Positions 59,531 to 64,000 of a stretch of DNA of 64,000 bases are shown here, piece by piece. The DNA is taken from positions 23,628 through 87,627 of the forward strand of contig CAWVRN010000018.1 of the NCBI GenBank assembly GCA_963932905.1. Reading direction: 5' to 3'. Position 1 is the stretch's first letter; each line of letters opens with the position of its first letter. Both the position numbers and the translations under genes were made by a program. Under the pieces are notes generated by a model. It saw only the letters and a program-made list of their open reading frames with translations. It was not told the DNA's origin and ran no database searches. The stretch comes from an uncultured Bdellovibrio sp. (GTDB lineage: Bacteria; Bdellovibrionota; Bdellovibrionia; Bdellovibrionales; Bdellovibrionaceae).

Positions 59531-59585
59531 TGACACCGAACAAAAGAAAAAGCATTAATCCATCAGTAGGTACCGCATGGCCGAA

Positions 59586-61364
59586 CTAACGGCATAACTG
59601 AGTCACATCATCAGCAAGTTTTCGAATTTCAGTATCCTTTGAAAATGTCAATCCCGTGGATAAAGCGGATTTCAGTCGGTCATCATGACAATAGGTTTTG
59701 TCGTTTTTTCTTTGCAATGCTATCTTAAAAAAAGGTAGCGCGTGGTAGTGGAAATAATGGAATGTCGCCTTTTTTCCCAGCTCAAAAGCAAGATCCGCAT
59801 TGTTGGGGTCGGCATTTGCCACCGGGAGTAACGTATTTAAACAATTTGAATCAGTAGTGGCGCAAGCGTCTAGCCATGCAAGAACTATTTTGGATTTCAA
59901 TTTTGAATAGTCGGCGTTTTCTAAAATAAATGGAAATTTTAATTCCAAAGATTTTATTTCTTCAAAAGCCGAGTTATTGTCGCCGGCAGCTTTTTTTTCC
60001 AACCAACCAATGACGGTCCGAACTACTAGTTGTCTCCATGAATCTAAACGTTGAGTTATAGGAATTTGTGCTAGCTTACCGAGAGCCTCTTCATAAAATT
60101 GTTGTTCCACCAAAAGATGCAGGTCGCTAAGTTCAATTTGATTTTCTTTTTTTACCTCATTGGTTGTACTTGTTGTTCGGTTGCCTTGGTTGTCCTTTTC
60201 AGAGCCGAAAAACTTAAAGCCAGCGATGATCAAGAATACAAGAAATACGGTAAGTCCGGGAATTTTCCATTTTAATAGGTCTAACGATTTGGGTAGAACT
60301 TTTTCTGGGCTAGGCTCCAAAGGGCTGGATGAAATTAAAATTGTTTTATCTTGTGTCTCTCGAGCCGATTTTGCAATAGAGGCGGCTGTATTTAAACCGG
60401 TCCGAAGAGAGTCTTCTTCTGATACCAATTGAGATTTAAAATTTGCAAGTATCCAATCCGACGTTTTTCTTACGATTGAGTTCTCTCGGTTAATTTCCTT
60501 TGAAACGGCCAATAACTCGGTCTGAAACTCTTCCATCGTTTTGAACCGGTTCTCTGGTCTATACTGAAGCGCTTTTTGGCAAACGGCATCTAACGTTTTT
60601 GGAACCTGTGAGTTAAAAATACTCGGAGCCTTAATTTCAGACTCGACGACGATTTTACGATATTCGGTTTGGTTATCTGCATCGAACGGAGGTTCACCCA
60701 CTAGCATTCTCCATAAAACCGCACCCAATGAATAAATATCAGCAGACGCATTGACTGTTTCGCCACGATTTTGTTCCGGGGCAATATAATGTCGCTTTCC
60801 TTTTACAACTCCAAATTCGGTTACATTTAATTGGTCCGTAAATTTTGATATTCCAAAATCCAAGATTTTTACACTGCCTTTCGCTGAAATCATTAAATTA
60901 TGGGGTGAAATATCTCTGTGAACTATTCCCAACGGTAACGATTTAGCATCGTCTCTGAGTTCATGAGCATAACTAAGACCCTTGGCCGCTTCGTGGGCTA
61001 TATAGACTGCGATTTCGATAGGAATTTTTTCTTTTTTTTCTTCAAGGGTTAGCAAAATTTGATTTAACGACAGTCCTCTGACGTATTCCATCTCAATAAA
61101 TTCGGCCTTAGAACCATAACTATAGAGATGAACAATATTGGGGTGATTTAGCAACGAAAGAACTTTGATTTCGTCTCGGAACATTTTCACGTAGGATGAA
61201 TTTGATCTTAAATGTTCAAACGTCTTTTTAACAACCACCACGCGATTGATTTCATCCATAGTGACGGCCCTAAATACCTGCCCCATGCCGCCGGCGCCAA
61301 TAGCGTCTAGCAAAATATATCGCTGATAAATTTGTGGATATTTGTTTTCCGATGTCGAAGTCAT
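59586..61364 (-). CDS. Membrane-spanning Hanks-type Ser/Thr protein kinase
   Basis: IGAGGMGQV, VVVKK, HRDISPHN, DFGISK, YIAPEQ and DIYSLG; one TM segment then a Cys-containing extracytoplasmic domain; ATG 61364 with AGAGG RBS. Confidence 0.93.
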   Translation of the reverse strand: MTSTSENKYPQIYQRYILLDAIGAGGMGQVFRAVTMDEINRVVVVKKTFEHLRSNSSYVKMFRDEIKVLSLLNHPNIVHLYSYGSKAEFIEMEYVRGLSLNQILLTLEEKKEKIPIEIAVYIAHEAAKGLSYAHELRDDAKSLPLGIVHRDISPHNLMISAKGSVKILDFGISKFTDQLNVTEFGVVKGKRHYIAPEQNRGETVNASADIYSLGAVLWRMLVGEPPFDADNQTEYRKIVVESEIKAPSIFNSQVPKTLDAVCQKALQYRPENRFKTMEEFQTELLAVSKEINRENSIVRKTSDWILANFKSQLVSEEDSLRTGLNTAASIAKSARETQDKTILISSSPLEPSPEKVLPKSLDLLKWKIPGLTVFLVFLIIAGFKFFGSEKDNQGNRTTSTTNEVKKENQIELSDLHLLVEQQFYEEALGKLAQIPITQRLDSWRQLVVRTVIGWLEKKAAGDNNSAFEEIKSLELKFPFILENADYSKLKSKIVLAWLDACATTDSNCLNTLLPVANADPNNADLAFELGKKATFHYFHYHALPFFKIALQRKNDKTYCHDDRLKSALSTGLTFSKDTEIRKLADDVTQLCR

Positions 61365-61910
61365 AAAACCTCTTTCACTTTTAAAGATACTAGTGGTGGA
61401 TTGATTTAATTTCAACCTTATATATCACTGGTTTAAAGTGGTAAGAAAGTTCTTGCCATGAATAAAAAATAATTTGTATTCATTTTTTAAAATATGGACT
61501 TCCATTTTTAAACGTTTGCTTAGATTTGCAAGTAGAAGAATTTTATGACAAGTACGGAAGGCAATCAATGGGATATATATTAAGCGTAACCTTTAAAAAT
61601 ACATTTGCTTCTTCTTTTCAACAAAAGGCATTAGGTCCGATAAAGTTCTCACATTTAGGATACGTACTCTTCAAACAAAAGTATCTCGTTTATCTTCAGA
61701 AAGTTGGCGCATCGGCTCTAAATGTTGAAGTGCCTTTGAAATCTTGATTTCAACTATTTTTGCGGTCTAATAACCAACAAGACACAATTCAGCTGACGGC
61801 AAAAAGGGAAACGTATTCTCCGTTTCATTCTGATGCACCAAATTTAGAAAAATTGAATGAAATTTGTATAGTTGTTAAAATAAGATACAGGTAGTAATCC
61901 AAGGATGTAA

Positions 61911-62576
61911 GTGATGAGAAAAAATATGGGAAATAAAGGTTTCAGTTTGATTGAACTTTTATCCGTTATTGCAATCATTGGCATTCTGGCAGTAATTGGA
62001 ATTCCACAGTATAAAAAATTTCGCGCCAAAGCTTTTCAGGCCGAAGCAAAGTCTCAACTCGCTGCCATTCACACGGCTGAGTATGCATTCCATTTGGAAC
62101 ATGGAACTTACCATGCTTCCCTTCAAGCTATTGGTTACTCTGTGATGGGAAGAGCTCGATACAATGTTGGCTTTGGCATGCATAATCCTGCAAATGCGAT
62201 ATCATCGACGTATATTGCTCCAGTCGATTACAATACCTTAAATACCAAATCGATGTGCTCAGGTTCATTTGGGCTAGGAACAGATACACGATGCGAAATG
62301 GTCATAAATACTCCCAATATCGTAAATACGGCGACGGCAACAAATACCTACTATATTGCTACCGCAGTAGCTTACGAAAGTTTGCTGACTGCTTCAAACT
62401 CAAATCCGACCGCTTTTTCAATTGCAGTTGAATATGCATTAGGAGATTCCGCCCACGCAGCCAGTGGCGATGCGGATGACCCGAATCTATCTGGTGATCC
62501 CAGTGATTACGACAGCTGGGTTATTGATCAAAACAACGTTTTAAGAAAAGCAGTGTTAGAAATTACCCCCTTATAA
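61911..62576 (+). CDS. Type IV pilin-like protein
   Basis: Class III signal KG|FSLIELLSVIAIIGILAVIGIPQY with Glu5; QAEAKSQL..I.TAE. Confidence 0.9.
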   Translation: MMRKNMGNKGFSLIELLSVIAIIGILAVIGIPQYKKFRAKAFQAEAKSQLAAIHTAEYAFHLEHGTYHASLQAIGYSVMGRARYNVGFGMHNPANAISSTYIAPVDYNTLNTKSMCSGSFGLGTDTRCEMVINTPNIVNTATATNTYYIATAVAYESLLTASNSNPTAFSIAVEYALGDSAHAASGDADDPNLSGDPSDYDSWVIDQNNVLRKAVLEITPL

Positions 62577-62798
62577 TAGTACAATATTGGTCTAGGGCAC
62601 GGATAGCACTGTGATACAGAAAAGTTGAAACTATCGATCCTAAATTCAATTTTGAAATGCAATACTTGATCTAACAAAAAAAACGAGAGCTAGGTTAGCG
62701 CCTTTTTTGTCTGATAGGTGATATTTTTTATCATAATTTTTCAAAACATTTTCGATTTCAGAAGAATCAAATTTAAATGATTTTTTTAATGTAGGGGT

Positions 62799-63362
62799 TT
62801 AAGCAGAACTTAAATTTACTAGAGCTTCATAGGGTGGATATTTTTTAATGTCGGGATATTTGTTTCGATAGTATTCGTTCCAATAACTTGCAATTCTTGA
62901 CCTTAATAGTTTTAGAAATTCGGGATTAGCCTTCAGAAAGTCACGATAAACTTCCGGACGCTGGCTTTGAACACTTTGGAGCATTATCATTCCGATTTCT
63001 ACCACATATTCACCCAAAAGCTGAAGAACAAAGGGAGCTGAATAAGCGCTAGGAATTTCTATTAACTTACGCAAGCACTTCTCGCGCACGTGTCCATTAT
63101 GATGTCGAGAATAGATACACCAGTAAATTCTACGTTGTTCATAAGTCAAATTGCCTATCTGTGAATCTGAGAGCTGTTCTGAATAGACCCTGAAAGGAAT
63201 GTTAAGTTCTTCATTCTCAATCCAAAGAGGAGTTTTACTAATGTTCCCTGCAGGCTGATGGTCAGTTCTGCACTTTGCAATTAACCCCTCAACTATGATC
63301 ACATCCTGAGACAAGAATCTTGGAAATGCATTTTTGAAATTCACGATATCCACTTTTTTCAT
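62799..63362 (-). CDS. Hypothetical protein
   Basis: 187-aa ORF with IPFRVY, SRHHNGHVREK, LLGEYVVEI and SYWNEYYR; function unknown. Confidence 0.7.
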   Translation of the reverse strand: MKKVDIVNFKNAFPRFLSQDVIIVEGLIAKCRTDHQPAGNISKTPLWIENEELNIPFRVYSEQLSDSQIGNLTYEQRRIYWCIYSRHHNGHVREKCLRKLIEIPSAYSAPFVLQLLGEYVVEIGMIMLQSVQSQRPEVYRDFLKANPEFLKLLRSRIASYWNEYYRNKYPDIKKYPPYEALVNLSSA

Positions 63363-63509
63363 TGAATTTTAATTACACTTACAAAAATGATCTTTTGTCC
63401 ATCAATCAAATGTCAATTCGTAAAACTGAATATTCGCCTTCGGCGAAAATTGTTAGAGAGACTCACCTATTAAGCGAACGCACGCAACCTGCTGTAATCA
63501 TTGAACTTC

Positions 63510-63745
63510 CTGAGTCCGAGCGACAAACAGGTACTGCGAAATCAGTCGTTAGAAGACGCCTACTTACGAACAGGGTTAAATTGCGAAGTCACATTGCAGT
63601 CTCTTTTTCCTCAAAGAAAGAAGTGATCGGCAAGAGTTACATTCGCCCGCCTTATGGTTTTTGTTACTTTCAAGGGCAGATCGTTCCAGATCAAAAAGAA
63701 TACCGGAATCTACTTCTGATTTTTAAGCTTTGGAAATCACAGGCT
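63510..63745 (+). pseudogene. Remnant of an HTH + serine-recombinase DNA-binding-domain gene
   Basis: QTGTAKSVVRRRL...VKLRS, then PPYGFCYFQGQIVPDQKE...IFKLWK, resembling the PYGY...E...IF recombinase-domain pattern. No catalytic domain or proper start; the sequence diverges after LWKSQ. Confidence 0.4.
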
Positions 63746-64000
63746 CAGCTTTTATACCAATCTAGAGCCTCTAATTGGGGACGCCCGCCTATATTTGTAG
63801 ATACTAAAAAAATAGAAATTCACTTCACCGATTTTTAAAGATTAGGTAAATCAAACTGAAACGTCATGGCGATTACGGAATAACACAAAGATATCCACAA
63901 AGCTAAATGAAATGGCGGCCAAAACGAAGGCAGATATGGTAAGGCAGCAGAAAAAAGTTTTGGGTGACGAGTTATCTTGTCTAGATTCGTATCAATCTTA

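Noticed and set aside
61526..61747. 73-aa ORF between the kinase and the pilin
   Set aside because: TTG start, no RBS, no recognisable motif.
61780..61840. Possible c-di-GMP riboswitch upstream of the pilin (GGCAAA...GAAA)
   Set aside because: No supportable P1/P2 pairing or downstream GCAAAG/tetraloop-receptor elements.
1..64000. CRISPR arrays, tRNA/rRNA genes, IS elements, prophage or defence genes
   Set aside because: No regularly spaced repeats, cloverleaf motifs, transposase/integrase or phage hallmark proteins were seen by eye; a tRNAscan/Infernal run would be needed to exclude small RNAs.

Overview
AT-rich bacterial chromosome segment. The gene repertoire (many secreted hydrolases and lipoproteins, an orphan pilin, sigma28/sigma54-type promoters) suggests a Bdellovibrionota-like predator, but this is inference only. 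In order, the window holds: (1) a shikimate operon aroB-aroA-[aroK-aroD-aroE fusion]-aroC, whose order matches the eukaryotic AROM polypeptide; (2) a leucine-catabolism liu/MCC cluster with a split alpha subunit; (3) a methyltransferase-GNAT-ABC operon; (4) RNase P RNA (rnpB), apparently lacking P13/P14; (5) a five-gene yfa/mag-type alpha-2-macroglobulin operon, unusual because the A2M keeps the CxEQ thioester and the YfaQ-like partner carries HExxH, SxxK/SxN/KSG and SpoIID motifs; (6) an RlmK-like methylase, a SpeD-SpeE fusion and a B12 radical SAM enzyme; (7) an envelope cluster (zincin-propeller-barrel protein, DUF4105/Lnb-like, DUF3015); (8) pckG and a DUF885 gene; (9) a probable deletion scar of a CHASE3-kinase/CheR/CheB operon before a hybrid kinase; (10) an accessory-looking right end with a MerR regulon that has two 19-bp-spacer operators, secreted enzymes, a Ser/Thr kinase, a pilin and a recombinase-like remnant. 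A TGTC-N9-GACA palindrome recurs in intergenic DNA upstream of secreted-protein genes. No CRISPR array, tRNA, rRNA or intact mobile element was seen. All calls come from reading motifs by eye; no database search was run.
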